Origin: an uncultured Clostridia bacterium
GTDB lineage: Bacteria; Bacillota; Clostridia; TANB77; CAG-508
Assembly: GCA_947630185.1 (NCBI GenBank)
Contig: CANRGT010000006.1
Coordinates: 6,186-70,185, forward strand
DNA: 64,000 bases
Reading direction: 5' to 3'
In this document: one piece after another, positions 19,427 through 30,259 of the stretch
Position numbering within the stretch: position 1 is the stretch's first letter
Layout: every line of letters starts with the position of its first letter
The notes under the pieces: generated by a model
Told to the model about the DNA's origin: nothing
The model's input: only the letters and a program-made list of their open reading frames with translations
Databases searched by the model: none
Position numbers and translations under genes: made by a program

Positions 19427-21520
19427 TTACCTTCTAACTACTAACTTGTCTATTTTAGAGTGGATATATGCCTCTAATTTTTTCATAAATTCATCTGGCT
19501 CAATTTCTTTTTTTGCAACCATGTCTAAGCCCTTTTCCCAACTTGCTGTAAGTTTTGGGTTTAACATGTCAGGCATTGACTGAAAAATTATATCATAAAT
19601 TTTTTCTCCCTTTACAGTAGGGGTAATTATTTGTGTTTTTGTATTTATTGCAATATAGCCTATTCTTTCTAGCTTTTTTATTATTTCTGCTCTTGTTGCA
19701 CTTGTGCCTATTCCTGCTCCTTTTATTTGCTCTCTTAGCTCCTCTTCTTCAATTAGCTTTCCTGCATTTTCCATTGCAAGTATCATTGAGCCTGAATTGT
19801 ATCTTGTTGGTGGAGATGTTTCTGATGTTTTGGTTTCATAGTTTATTACACCTATTTGCTCACCTTTTTTTAATTTTTTCAAGATGTCTAAGTTATTTTC
19901 CTCTTCTCCTTCTTCATTTCCATTTACTATTATATTTTCCTGACTTTTATTATTGGTATCAATACTTTTTTCATCTACTTGGCTTTCATTTTTTTTATCA
20001 ATACTCTTTTCATTTATTTGCATTTCAATATTACTTGCATATTTTTCTTGATTATTTATGCTTAACTTTTTATTTGAATTGTCTTTGTTTTCTTCCCCTT
20101 TGGTAATCTCCAAAAATCCTTTTTTATCACAAACTTTACCACTTGCAGAAAATTGCTCCCTAAAATCGTCATTTTCAACTTCTATCGTAACTGATATTTT
20201 GCTATATTCTGCTGGTGGGAAAAAGATGCTTAAAAATCTTTTTACTATTACTCTGTACATTTGCTTATGTAGCTCTGGCAAGCTATCATAATTTTCAAAG
20301 CCTTGTCCTGTTGGAATTATTGCATAGTGGTCCGTAATTTTACTATCATTTACATACTTGGTTTTCACTAAATTTGTTGAATATTTTTCTTCTGCCATTT
20401 TTTTAAGGTAGCCTTGTATTTCTTCATCATGAAATCCTTTTGCAAGCCCATTTAGATTTTTTGATATTACTTTTGCAACAGCAGTAGATAGCACTCTTGC
20501 ATCTGTTCTAGGGTATGTAACTAACTTTTTTTCATACAAATTTTGTATTATATCCAATGTTTCATCTGGTTTTATTTTAAAACGCTTGGTGGCTTCATTT
20601 TGAATTTCTGCTAAGTTAAAAAGAAGTGGCGCATTTTCTTTTGTTTTTGATTTCTTAACTTCTGTTATGACTGCCTTTTTATTTTGAAGTGATATAATAA
20701 ATTTTTTAGCTTCTTCTTCACTTTTAAAGCCCGCTTCATTATATAGTTTAGAAGATTCAAAAAGTGAAGATTTTTCTGTGACCTTCCATTCTGCTGAAAA
20801 TGAACTTCCTTCGTTTCCAAATGTTCCTATTATTTTATAATATGGTGTCTTCTTAAAGCTTAAAATCTCTCTTTCTCTTTGTACTACCATTCCTAATACG
20901 CATGTCATAACCCTACCAACAGAAATTGAAATTTTTTCTTCACCTATATCTTTTGCCATTCGTCTTCCATAAATTATTGAAAGAAGCCTTGAAAAGTTTA
21001 TTCCTATAAGGTAATCCTCTTTTGCTCTAAGATAGGCAGAGTTACATAAGCTATCATATTCTGATAAATCTTTTGCTTCATTAATTCCTCTTTTTATTTC
21101 TTCTTCTGTTTGTGAATCTATCCATACTCTTTTTCTTGTGGCATTTATTTTTCCTATTTGATTTTCTACTAAACGATAAATGTATTCTCCTTCTCGCCCA
21201 GAGTCGGTTGCAACATAAATACAGCCTACATCATCTCTAATTAGTAGGCTTTTTACTATATTAAATTGCTTTTCTACATTTGGTATTACTTCATATTTAT
21301 ACTCTTTTGGCATAAATGGTAGTGTGTCTAATCTCCAAAACTTTAAGTTTTCATCATATTTTTCAGGGTAACTCATTGTTACTAAATGTCCAACACACCA
21401 TGTGATAATCCAAGTGTCTGATTCTATATAACCATCTTTTCTGTTTCCACCACAATTAAGCACTTTTGCAAATTCCATAGCTACAGATGGCTTTTCAGTA
21501 ATTAGTAGATTCTTAGACAT
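19427..21520 (-). CDS. topB: DNA topoisomerase III (type IA)
   Basis: ITEKPSVA, TWCVGHL, ATDSGREGE, SVGRV, TYPRTD catalytic Tyr, GIGTSATRAEII. Confidence 0.92.
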   Translation of the reverse strand: MSKNLLITEKPSVAMEFAKVLNCGGNRKDGYIESDTWIITWCVGHLVTMSYPEKYDENLKFWRLDTLPFMPKEYKYEVIPNVEKQFNIVKSLLIRDDVGCIYVATDSGREGEYIYRLVENQIGKINATRKRVWIDSQTEEEIKRGINEAKDLSEYDSLCNSAYLRAKEDYLIGINFSRLLSIIYGRRMAKDIGEEKISISVGRVMTCVLGMVVQREREILSFKKTPYYKIIGTFGNEGSSFSAEWKVTEKSSLFESSKLYNEAGFKSEEEAKKFIISLQNKKAVITEVKKSKTKENAPLLFNLAEIQNEATKRFKIKPDETLDIIQNLYEKKLVTYPRTDARVLSTAVAKVISKNLNGLAKGFHDEEIQGYLKKMAEEKYSTNLVKTKYVNDSKITDHYAIIPTGQGFENYDSLPELHKQMYRVIVKRFLSIFFPPAEYSKISVTIEVENDDFREQFSASGKVCDKKGFLEITKGEENKDNSNKKLSINNQEKYASNIEMQINEKSIDKKNESQVDEKSIDTNNKSQENIIVNGNEEGEEENNLDILKKLKKGEQIGVINYETKTSETSPPTRYNSGSMILAMENAGKLIEEEELREQIKGAGIGTSATRAEIIKKLERIGYIAINTKTQIITPTVKGEKIYDIIFQSMPDMLNPKLTASWEKGLDMVAKKEIEPDEFMKKLEAYIHSKIDKLVVRR

Positions 21521-21641
21521 CTTTATTTTTCCTTTTGCTCAATTATATATAACTTTTTATAAAAATAATCAATTTAAGTTTTTAATAAAATTAATATATA
21601 AGAATACTTCTTTATGTCAAGCACATTTTAATTAATAAGCA

Positions 21642-22499
21642 TTACTCAAACCATACTACATCCATTTCTGATGTATAATTGTTATTTCCATATGGGAATA
21701 TTACATATAAGTCTCCACTTTTTCCTAAGAAAAATGTATTTATATTATTTATTTGATATATACTACTAGTTAAATCTCTGCTATATACACTATATCCTGA
21801 TTCAAGTAATTTTTTAGCATTATCATCTGCCTTTTGAACTACATCCATAATCTTCTTATGAGCATCACTTCTAAGTATATTTTTGCTTGCTAATAAATCC
21901 ACAAGTTTTACTTCTTCTCCTGTTAATAAATTATAATTATATGTTTGAACTATAACTCTTTGAGGATTATTTCCAACTTTCAAATTTGATTCTATAGCTA
22001 CTGATAAAATATTCCCAGTTATATTTGCAGTGTAATATACGCTATAAATTGTCTTTTCTGTATTTTGATTGCTTAAAATTTCGGCAGCTTTATTTGCAAA
22101 TATTGATTGTGTATTATTATTAAAATTTATTGGTATATCTGCTGATATATTAATTACTGGTAAATAGATATCAACTTCATAATTTTCATTTTGTTCATGA
22201 CTTTCATATGCAGTATAAACAATATCCTTTGTGTTATCTAATTTAGTTATATTTATATTACTATTATTTTCTAATAAAAATTGATTTGTAAACAATCCCA
22301 TAAATTGCGCTTTTATTTCTTCTTGTGTTTTTTCTGTTTGTTCATCTCCACCTAACACATTTAATGTAGGTAAAATCAAATTGTTCTTATCTTGGTCTTG
22401 TACAAAAAATTGCACATAAATTCCTATAATAATTGCAATAGCACATATAACACCAATTACTATATACATAATTTTATACTTTGGCATATTAAATTTCAT
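21642..22499 (-). CDS. membrane-anchored DUF3298/RsiV-PdaC-like protein
   Basis: N-terminal TM; TYNYNLLTGEEVKLVDLL and FFLGKSGDLYVIFP motifs. Confidence 0.6.
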   Translation of the reverse strand: MKFNMPKYKIMYIVIGVICAIAIIIGIYVQFFVQDQDKNNLILPTLNVLGGDEQTEKTQEEIKAQFMGLFTNQFLLENNSNINITKLDNTKDIVYTAYESHEQNENYEVDIYLPVINISADIPINFNNNTQSIFANKAAEILSNQNTEKTIYSVYYTANITGNILSVAIESNLKVGNNPQRVIVQTYNYNLLTGEEVKLVDLLASKNILRSDAHKKIMDVVQKADDNAKKLLESGYSVYSRDLTSSIYQINNINTFFLGKSGDLYVIFPYGNNNYTSEMDVVWFE

Positions 22500-22556
22500 C
22501 CTTTATAATATATTTAGGTTTTTATGTTGGACTACCTATAAATCCATGAATTATAT

Positions 22557-23669
22557 TTATAGCATTGTTACTATTAGCAATGCTATTAAAAACATTGTAT
22601 TAAATATAGTAAACATCACTACATACTTTCCAAATTTTTTTGGTTGATGTTTTAAAAATTCTTTAAGAGTTATTAAGCTTGCTAGTGATGAAATCAATAT
22701 TCCTAATGAACCAATATTAACTGATATTAACAACTCTCTATAATTTTCTGTGAATTTTGACAAAAATATTGCTGTTGGAACATTACTAATAAACTGACAC
22801 GATACTATTCCTGCTATCAATGTATTTTTAACTACTATTTGAGATATAAACTCTTTAATTATTGGTATTCTTGCAATGTTACCAGAAAATATGAAAAATA
22901 CACAAAAAGTTGCAATCAATGCATAATCTACATCTTTAAATATCTTTCTATTAACAAATAATATAGTTATTACTACAATTCCTAATGCTATTAAATATGG
23001 TATTACTCTAAAAATGCTAAGTATTACAATGATAAATAACACTGCATATATGTATAATTCTTTTTTATTAACAGCTATTTTAGAATTATTTTTTAATTTT
23101 AATGGTTCATTTTTTACAAAAGCACAACATATATATAAAAGTACTGCAACTGTTATTGATTGCATTAATAAAATTCCAAAAAATTCTGTTGTTTCTATAT
23201 TATAGTACGAGTATAGATATAAATTCTGTGGATTTCCATATGGTGTAATCATTCCACCCATATTAGCTGCTATAGTTTGCATTATAAATGTAAATGCTAA
23301 ATATTTATCATTATTGGTTGAATGTAAAACTATATATGTAAGTGGCAAGAATGTAATTAAGGACATATCATTAGCAACTATCATGTCAAAGAAAAATGTT
23401 CCAAATACTAGTGAATATATAACTGTTCTTCTTGTATGAAATAAACTTATCATCTTTCTTGATATTAATTCAAATGCATTTGTACTTTTTAGTCCTGCTA
23501 CTACTGCTAACATACAAAATAGGCATATTAAAGTATTATAATCAAAATAATCTAAATAAGTTTTATCTATTGGTACAAAAAAACAAGTTATTATTGTAAG
23601 CACTATTGCTACTGATAACACTGCTTCTTTTTTTATAAAATTTCCTACTTTTTCTATTACTTTATTCAT
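22557..23669 (-). CDS. ArsB/NhaD/CitMHS-family anion permease
   Basis: multi-TM; ANDMSLITFLP, AANMGGMITPYGNPQNLYL, SNVPTAI. Confidence 0.88.
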   Translation of the reverse strand: MNKVIEKVGNFIKKEAVLSVAIVLTIITCFFVPIDKTYLDYFDYNTLICLFCMLAVVAGLKSTNAFELISRKMISLFHTRRTVIYSLVFGTFFFDMIVANDMSLITFLPLTYIVLHSTNNDKYLAFTFIMQTIAANMGGMITPYGNPQNLYLYSYYNIETTEFFGILLMQSITVAVLLYICCAFVKNEPLKLKNNSKIAVNKKELYIYAVLFIIVILSIFRVIPYLIALGIVVITILFVNRKIFKDVDYALIATFCVFFIFSGNIARIPIIKEFISQIVVKNTLIAGIVSCQFISNVPTAIFLSKFTENYRELLISVNIGSLGILISSLASLITLKEFLKHQPKKFGKYVVMFTIFNTMFLIALLIVTML

Positions 23670-23751
23670 TTGTGCTCTCCAATTATCTTTCGTGTTTTAA
23701 TTATTATACCATACATTTTTTTATTGTTCTATATTATACATAAAAAAAATG

Positions 23752-23781
23752 AAAATCGCGAGAATTAACTCGCGACTTTTT
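23752..23781 (-). terminator. intrinsic terminator
   Basis: tcgcgag-aattaa-ctcgcga stem flanked by A and T tracts. Confidence 0.6.
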
Positions 23782-23798
23782 TGCAATAGGTAAATGTT

Positions 23799-24095
23799 TT
23801 ACCAGTTTCTAGGGTAACTTACCTTTCGTAGTTGCATACACCCCTTGAGCATTCCATCGGAAACTTCTAATGCCTCAACCTTTGATAGGTTTATCTTTTC
23901 AAGATTCCGACAATCTTGAAATGCTCCAGTTTCTAAAATAAACACCTCATCCGAACTGATGATTTTGACAGATAATATATTCTCCTTTGAGAAAGGAGCT
24001 ATTGCTCTAGTCATCTCATCCTCAGTTAGTACATTGCTGATTTCTTTCCGAATAGTGTGTTTGCCGGATACTTTAATGATGATTTCGTTCTTCAT
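23799..24095 (-). CDS. small BspA/LRR_5-like protein
   Basis: GAFQDCRNLEKINL and GMLKGCMQLRKV repeats; AAAGGAG RBS. Confidence 0.65.
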   Translation of the reverse strand: MKNEIIIKVSGKHTIRKEISNVLTEDEMTRAIAPFSKENILSVKIISSDEVFILETGAFQDCRNLEKINLSKVEALEVSDGMLKGCMQLRKVSYPRNW

Positions 24096-24398
24096 AATGT
24101 AATCTCCTTTGTTTTAAACATAGTTGTTTTTGACTGTTGTTTGACCTTTCTACCCTTCCTCCTTATAAGGGGGCTAAATTTGCAAATATAAAATACTTAC
24201 ATACATATATTATACCATTTTTATGGTTTTATGTCAATTTTGTGTGCTTATAAATAGCTGTATTAAGCATTTAAATTAACTTTATCAATAACTTTTAGGC
24301 TTTTTAAAATACAGCAAATTCCATTGACTTAAAACCCATTTTGTTGTATTATATATACATATTTAAACTTAAATAAAGAATGGAGCTAAAAATAAAAT

Positions 24399-26819
24399 AT
24401 GTTATGTTCAATATGTAATAAAAATACTGCTGTGATATTTACAAATAAAAAAGATGAAAACGGCAATTCAAAAGTAGAAGGTTATTGCACTGAATGTGCA
24501 AAAAAATTAGGAATTAATCCAATAGAATCTATGATGAAGCAAGCTAATTTATCTGAAAAAGATTTAAGTGAAATGACTAAACAAATTGAAAACATTGTAA
24601 GTAACATGGCGGAAAATATAGATATGGATGCTATTTCTGGGCAAATGGATAATATAGATCCTGAAGAAATGGAAGATATAGAAAGAAACGGTGCAATTCA
24701 ATTTAGTGCTATTCCACTAGGTTCTATTTTTTCTAATATGTTTGGTACACCTAATAATGATTCTTCTAATAGCGAAGCTTCTAGTAATTCAACTTCTAGT
24801 GAAAAGAAAAAGGTTAAAATTGATAAAGAAAAGAGAAAAGATAAGCGTAAGAAAACATTAGAAACTTATGGTACTAACTTAACTTTGAAAGCACAAAATA
24901 ATCAATTAGATATGGTAATTGGTAGAGATAAAGAAATTCAAAGAATGATTCAAATTTTAAATCGTCGTACTAAAAATAACCCATGTTTAATTGGTGAACC
25001 TGGCGTTGGTAAAACAGCTATTGCACAAGGCTTAGCTATTAAAATTGCAAGTGGTAATGTTCCTGCAAAATTATTAAATAAAGAAGTATATTTATTAGAT
25101 ATGACTGCCATTGTTGCAGGTACTCAATTTAGAGGTCAATTTGAAGCTCGTATGAAAGCTATTATTGATGAGTGCAAAAATTTAGGAAATATCATTTTAG
25201 TTATTGATGAAATTCACAATATTATAGGTGCTGGCGATGCAGAACATTCTATGAATGCTGCAAATATTTTAAAGCCTTCTCTTTCTAATGGTGAGGTTCA
25301 GTTAATTGGAACTACCACTTTAAAAGAATATCGTAAGTACATTGAAAAAGATAGTGCTTTAGAGAGAAGATTTCAACCTGTTATTGTTGAAGAGCCTTCT
25401 ATAACAGATTCTATCGATATTCTAGAAGGTATTAAAAAGTATTATGAAGATTATCACAAAGTAAAAATATCTAATGATGTTATAAAGCAGGCTGTTATTA
25501 TGTCTGAAAAATATATTCATGATAGATTTTTACCTGATAAAGCTATTGATATTCTTGATGAAGCTTGCTCTCGTATAAATTTGAATAATAAAGAATTATA
25601 TAAGTTAGAAGTTTTAAAAAACGAGCTTAAATCAGTTCAAGAAGAAAAAGAAGAAGCTGCTCTTGCTGATTCTACTGAGGATTATAAAAAGGCTGCCGAA
25701 TTAAAAGCAAAAGAGTGTAGCTTAATTGAGCAAATAGATGCTTTAAATGAAAAAATGAAGCTAAAAAGTATAACTGTTCAAGATATAGCTGAAGTAATTG
25801 AAAGCTGGACTAAAATTCCTGTTAAGAAAATTACAGAAGCGGAAACTCAAAAGTTATTAAATTTAGAGGACAACTTACATAAAAGAGTTATTGGGCAAGA
25901 TTCAGCTGTTGAGGCTGTATCAAGAGCAATTAGGCGTAATCGTGCGGGCTTAAAAAGCACTAAAAGACCACCTTCATTTATATTTGTAGGTCCTACTGGT
26001 GTTGGTAAAACTGAGCTTGCTAAATCTCTTGCTTATGAAATGTTTGGAAATGAAAATTCTATTATTCGTATAGATATGTCTGAATATATGGAAAGTCATT
26101 CTACTTCTAAGTTAATTGGCTCACCTCCAGGATATGTTGGTTATGATGATGCAGGTCAGCTAACAGAAAAAGTAAAAAGAAATCCATATTCAATAGTTCT
26201 ATTAGATGAAATTGAAAAAGCTCATCCAGATGTTTTCAATATTTTGTTACAGGTATTAGATGATGGAAGATTAACTGATAGTCAAGGTAATACTGTTAGT
26301 TTTGAAAATACTATAATTATTATGACATCTAACGCGGGCTCTAACCAAAATACTAATTCGATTGGCTTTGGCGGTATGCGTATGAGTCAAGATAAAGTAA
26401 TGGATAGCTTAAAAGAAACTTTCCGTCCTGAATTCTTAAATAGGGTTGATGAGATTGTTATATTTGAGCAATTAAATTCTGACCAGTTATTAAAAATTGT
26501 AGATTTAATGCTAGATGATACTAGAAAAGCTTTAGCTGATAAAGATATTACTATGAATATATCAAATGAAGCTCAAAAATTTTTACTAGAAAAAGGAACT
26601 GATATTAAATATGGTGCAAGACCTTTAAGAAGAGCTATTCAAAGATATTTAGAAGATGAGCTTTCTGATATGATATTAAGAGGTACTCTTCAAAATGGAA
26701 ATACTGTTACAATTGATTTAAATAAAACAAATTCCGTTAATGCACATGAAATCAATTTAAATAGAGTAGATACAATTAATGCAAATGAGACACGTTTAGA
26801 ATTTAATGTAGAAAAATAA
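24399..26819 (+). CDS. ATP-dependent Clp protease ATPase (ClpC/ClpE type, N-terminal Cys4 zinc finger)
   Basis: CxxC..CxxC N-terminus; GEPGVGKT and GPTGVGKT; UVR-like coiled coil; KLIGSPPGYVGY; GARPLRR. Confidence 0.95.
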   Translation: MLCSICNKNTAVIFTNKKDENGNSKVEGYCTECAKKLGINPIESMMKQANLSEKDLSEMTKQIENIVSNMAENIDMDAISGQMDNIDPEEMEDIERNGAIQFSAIPLGSIFSNMFGTPNNDSSNSEASSNSTSSEKKKVKIDKEKRKDKRKKTLETYGTNLTLKAQNNQLDMVIGRDKEIQRMIQILNRRTKNNPCLIGEPGVGKTAIAQGLAIKIASGNVPAKLLNKEVYLLDMTAIVAGTQFRGQFEARMKAIIDECKNLGNIILVIDEIHNIIGAGDAEHSMNAANILKPSLSNGEVQLIGTTTLKEYRKYIEKDSALERRFQPVIVEEPSITDSIDILEGIKKYYEDYHKVKISNDVIKQAVIMSEKYIHDRFLPDKAIDILDEACSRINLNNKELYKLEVLKNELKSVQEEKEEAALADSTEDYKKAAELKAKECSLIEQIDALNEKMKLKSITVQDIAEVIESWTKIPVKKITEAETQKLLNLEDNLHKRVIGQDSAVEAVSRAIRRNRAGLKSTKRPPSFIFVGPTGVGKTELAKSLAYEMFGNENSIIRIDMSEYMESHSTSKLIGSPPGYVGYDDAGQLTEKVKRNPYSIVLLDEIEKAHPDVFNILLQVLDDGRLTDSQGNTVSFENTIIIMTSNAGSNQNTNSIGFGGMRMSQDKVMDSLKETFRPEFLNRVDEIVIFEQLNSDQLLKIVDLMLDDTRKALADKDITMNISNEAQKFLLEKGTDIKYGARPLRRAIQRYLEDELSDMILRGTLQNGNTVTIDLNKTNSVNAHEINLNRVDTINANETRLEFNVEK

Positions 26820-26831
26820 GGAGATATTTAT

Positions 26832-27434
26832 ATGGCAAAGCACATACCTAATATTTTAACGATAGCACGATTTTTCTTAATACCTTTAATAATTTATTTT
26901 ATTATAACAGAGCAATACATTCTTGCTTTAATATTTCTTATACTTTCAGGCTTAACTGATGTATTAGATGGTTTTATTGCAAGAAAATTCAATTTTATTA
27001 CTAACTTTGGAAAATTAGTAGATCCATTAGCAGATAAGGCTACTCAAATTTCTGTATTATTAGCAATTTCTTTTAAAGGAATTATTCCTTTTTGGATTAT
27101 TATAATCGTTGTAATAAAAGAAGCTACTATGATAGCTGGTGCATCCTTCCTTTATGGAAAAGAGCTTGTTGTTTCTAGCAGATGGTTTGGCAAGCTTGCT
27201 ACTGTACTTTTCTACTTTGCTATTGCTTGCTCATTCTTTATTAAATATTGGAATAACATTGCTTTTGCACCTGGTAACTCTGTAACTCCTATGCCACAAT
27301 TTGATTTATGGATATACTATTTAGCTTTAATTACAACAATATTCTCACTTGTTATGTATTACATTACATTCTACAAGCAAGGATACTTGAAAAAAGAGAA
27401 TTTAAAAATAAGAAATGATGATAATGCTAAATAA
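26832..27434 (+). CDS. pgsA: CDP-diacylglycerol--glycerol-3-phosphate 3-phosphatidyltransferase
   Basis: IPNILTIARF, TDVLDGFIAR...GKLVDPLADK motif. Confidence 0.85.
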   Translation: MAKHIPNILTIARFFLIPLIIYFIITEQYILALIFLILSGLTDVLDGFIARKFNFITNFGKLVDPLADKATQISVLLAISFKGIIPFWIIIIVVIKEATMIAGASFLYGKELVVSSRWFGKLATVLFYFAIACSFFIKYWNNIAFAPGNSVTPMPQFDLWIYYLALITTIFSLVMYYITFYKQGYLKKENLKIRNDDNAK

Positions 27435-27475
27435 TTACATTTTAAAATAACTGCAATTCAAAATAAAAATAAAAT

Positions 27476-27639
27476 AAATAAAGTAAAATAGTTTTTGTGT
27501 AGCAACGCGCAGCGTTCAAGCGGAACGAAGTGAAGTGCGCTTGGAGCAACCTACATATTATATGAAAAAATTGTATCTACAATTTTTTCATAAAAGGTTG
27601 CGACAGCAAGTTGCAAACAAAAACTATTTTACTTTATTT
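27476..27639 (+). repeat. structured intergenic repeat, copy C (between convergent pgsA and bofC-like genes)
   Basis: 22-bp terminal IR unrelated in sequence to copies A/B; same core; extra hairpin inserted in the variable loop. Confidence 0.85.
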
Positions 27640-27650
27640 TATATAAGTCG

Positions 27651-28253
27651 TTATTCAAAATCTTCTAGCACGCTATGAAGCTCTACATCTCCTATTGCCT
27701 CTATCCCATTTCTAACCTCTGTTAAATCTGCTTCCGTTAAGTACATTGTTTGAATATCTGTATCCTCTTTAAAGGTTTCCTCTCCATTTTCATCAGTTGT
27801 ATAAATGCCAAGTACACCATTATGTTCTTTTATTAGATAATGTTCATCACAAAATCCGTCCTGCTCCCTATAAAGTGTAACTTCATCATTTTCAAACTCT
27901 TCTATTTGCCAACCTTCACACTTTTCAGTTAATTCTTCTATATTGCAATTTGCAAATGTACTTGGTAAATCTCTTGTATTAGTAGTTATATGATTACAAC
28001 CTTTAAAATATTCTCTTTCAACTAGCTTAGCACTTGGTGAAAGCCTTTCCTCACTCCATGATGTAGAAAGTACAACTTGTTCTTTATCAATATTTTCATA
28101 ATCGTTATTTTCACTATTATTTTGTGCTAGTTTTCTTCCATCTAAATTATTACTATCTTTTGTATTATTTATTTGATAAACATATATTCCAGCTATTATT
28201 CCTAATATTAATAATATAATACACACTAATGCAATTATCCATTCTTTTCTCAT
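27651..28253 (-). CDS. BofC C-terminal domain protein
   Basis: N-terminal TM; HYLIKEHNGVLGIY...TDI....L...DL..V..GI...LEDFE; sigma-G-like promoter upstream. Confidence 0.75.
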   Translation of the reverse strand: MRKEWIIALVCIILLILGIIAGIYVYQINNTKDSNNLDGRKLAQNNSENNDYENIDKEQVVLSTSWSEERLSPSAKLVEREYFKGCNHITTNTRDLPSTFANCNIEELTEKCEGWQIEEFENDEVTLYREQDGFCDEHYLIKEHNGVLGIYTTDENGEETFKEDTDIQTMYLTEADLTEVRNGIEAIGDVELHSVLEDFE

Positions 28254-28288
28254 ACTTCTACTTCCTTCCTTTTTTTTCTATTTATATT

Positions 28289-28318
28289 TAGTATGAGAAA
28301 TTTTGGTAAAATTTATTC
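28289..28318 (-). promoter_or_regulatory. sigma-G/F-type forespore promoter
   Basis: minus strand GAATA-18 nt-CATACTA matches GHATR-N18-CATnHTA. Confidence 0.6.
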
Positions 28319-28354
28319 ATTTTGTTTTGAAATTGTGAATTTTAAAACAATTAA

Positions 28355-28420
28355 AAAAACGATATAGCTTTTGTGAAGTGCCGCGTAGCGTTCAAGCGAA
28401 GCGCGTATGGCGCAACCATC
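28355..28420 (+). repeat. structured intergenic repeat, partial copy E
   Basis: gcgtagc-gttcaa-gcgaagc-gcgtatggcgcaacc 5' half; abuts the sua5 stop codon. Confidence 0.65.
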
Positions 28421-29473
28421 TTATACTATAATGTAGTTGTAAGCGCAAGCGCGAATTAATCTATTAGTAATTGCAAGTCCTAAGCCTTTGCTTTCAACAC
28501 CCTCTATTATAACAAAGTCGAAATCTTCTTTGTCAACTTTTCTAAGTAGCATAAAAATATTCTTTGCAATTTCATTTAAGTCACTACCCATGTTCCATTT
28601 ATTATCTACTATGTATTTATCTAAATGTTCTTTTTTTCCTAATACTAATACCTTTTTGCCTTGTTGTTCTAATTCTTTTATTTCTTCATTTATTCTTGAA
28701 ATCATTTTGTTTTCATCATTACTATATATCATCATACAACTTGTAGTTGGTGCATAATGACGATATTTCATACCCGGAGACGCAACTACATCATCTTTTC
28801 CTACTTTTCCTAAAACATGACTATCTACTTTTACATCATTTACTACTTCTTCTAATTCTTCTTTTGTAATTTTTCCAGGTCTTAATATATTAATTTCATC
28901 TCCTATAACTCTAATTACTGTTGATTCTAGACCTATATCTGTAAAGCCACCATCTAAAATATAGTCTACCTTATCTTGTAACTCTTCTATAATATCTTCA
29001 ATGTTAGTTCCACTTGGCTTTCCAGATATATTAGCACTTGGTGCTGCAATAGGAACTTTTGCTTTTTCTATGAGTTCAATTGCAATTTCATTATTTGGCA
29101 TACGCACTCCAACAGTATCTAAATTAGCTGTTACTACATTTGGTATAACTTCTTTTGATTTGCGATTAAAAATAATTGTTAAAGGTCCGGGCCAAAACTT
29201 ATTTATTAACTTTCTTTCTACATCTGAAATATCTTTTACTATTTCTTCTACCATTTTAATATTTGAAACATGCACTATTAGAGGGTTATCTCCTGCCCTG
29301 CCTTTTGCCTCAAATATTCTTTTTACAGCTTTTTCGTCTAAAGCATTTGCTCCTATTCCATATACAGTTTCTGTTGGAAATAATACTAAATTTCCTTTTT
29401 TTATTTCTTCTGCTGCTTCTTCTATTTCTTTAATATTTAATTTCTCTTTTTGATTTGAATATTTAGCTTTCAT
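28421..29473 (-). CDS. sua5: L-threonylcarbamoyladenylate synthase (Sua5/YwlC)
   Basis: FPTETVYGIGA, AKGR..DNPLIVH, FWPGPLT, AAPSANISG.PS, SPGMKYRHYAP. Confidence 0.95.
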   Translation of the reverse strand: MKAKYSNQKEKLNIKEIEEAAEEIKKGNLVLFPTETVYGIGANALDEKAVKRIFEAKGRAGDNPLIVHVSNIKMVEEIVKDISDVERKLINKFWPGPLTIIFNRKSKEVIPNVVTANLDTVGVRMPNNEIAIELIEKAKVPIAAPSANISGKPSGTNIEDIIEELQDKVDYILDGGFTDIGLESTVIRVIGDEINILRPGKITKEELEEVVNDVKVDSHVLGKVGKDDVVASPGMKYRHYAPTTSCMMIYSNDENKMISRINEEIKELEQQGKKVLVLGKKEHLDKYIVDNKWNMGSDLNEIAKNIFMLLRKVDKEDFDFVIIEGVESKGLGLAITNRLIRACAYNYIIV

Positions 29474-29537
29474 ATTTATTTCTTCTTTCTAATAATATTT
29501 AGTTTTTATTTCATAATTTAAATATACTATATTAAGT

Positions 29538-29882
29538 TTATTTCTCACATTTTTCAATTTGCTCACGAATAGCCATTTCTACAAATTGATTTAAAGACAT
29601 ATTAAATTGTTTAGAAAATAATACCGCTTTTTCATGAAGAACAGGCTGTATTCTAATATTAAAACTTCCCTTATATTCTTTATGTGGATTTTTATTCAAC
29701 ATATTACATTCCTTAATATATTCGTCTATTACTTCTTTAAATTCCTTTTTTAAACCTTCAATCGTATTTGACTCAAATGTAATAACATCTTCAACTCCTT
29801 CTACTTTTCCCCAAAAAGTAGAAGTTGTATCTTCATAGTAAATACTTGCAAAGAAATCTTTATATTTTATCATATTTTTCAT
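29538..29882 (-). CDS. hicB: HicB family antitoxin
   Basis: YK.F.ASI...FWGKV.G..D.ITFE; KEYKGSFNIRI.P.LH...SLNQFV ribbon-helix-helix. Confidence 0.9.
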   Translation of the reverse strand: MKNMIKYKDFFASIYYEDTTSTFWGKVEGVEDVITFESNTIEGLKKEFKEVIDEYIKECNMLNKNPHKEYKGSFNIRIQPVLHEKAVLFSKQFNMSLNQFVEMAIREQIEKCEK

Positions 29883-30139
29883 TTCATTTCCTCCAATCTC
29901 TTTATTACTTCTAAAATGCTTTCAATCTGGTATGGCTTTAAAATGTTACTAGGATGTGGCTTATGTAATTTAATCTCTAATTTATTGTCACTATGAACAA
30001 AAGAAACTCTAGAGCCAGATGTCCTTCCTTTGTTAAATTCGTAAAATCCAAGTAATCCTAATAATGTTTTAGCTTCTTGATACGAAAAATCTCTCGGATT
30101 TGATTTTAATCTATTTAATATTTTTTCTTTTTTACTCAT
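29879..30139 (-). CDS. hicA: HicA family mRNA interferase toxin
   Basis: GRTSGSRV.F...I.LHKPHP...LKPYQ; overlaps the hicB start (ATGA). Confidence 0.9.
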   Translation of the reverse strand: MSKKEKILNRLKSNPRDFSYQEAKTLLGLLGFYEFNKGRTSGSRVSFVHSDNKLEIKLHKPHPSNILKPYQIESILEVIKRLEEMK

Positions 30140-30141
30140 AT

Positions 30142-30186
30142 ATTATACTCCTTTTCTTTTTGTTTTGCAACTATTATTTAGTTGCA
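30142..30186 (-). promoter_or_regulatory. hicAB sigma-A promoter with palindromic operator
   Basis: TTGCAA-17-TATAAT; tgcaacta-ttatt-tagttgca at 30166-30186. Confidence 0.65.
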
Positions 30187-30259
30187 TTTTTATTTATACA
30201 TTTTAATTTTTTCTTTACATAATTTTTTTACTTTTCTTAGCATGACCCACTTTCTCATT

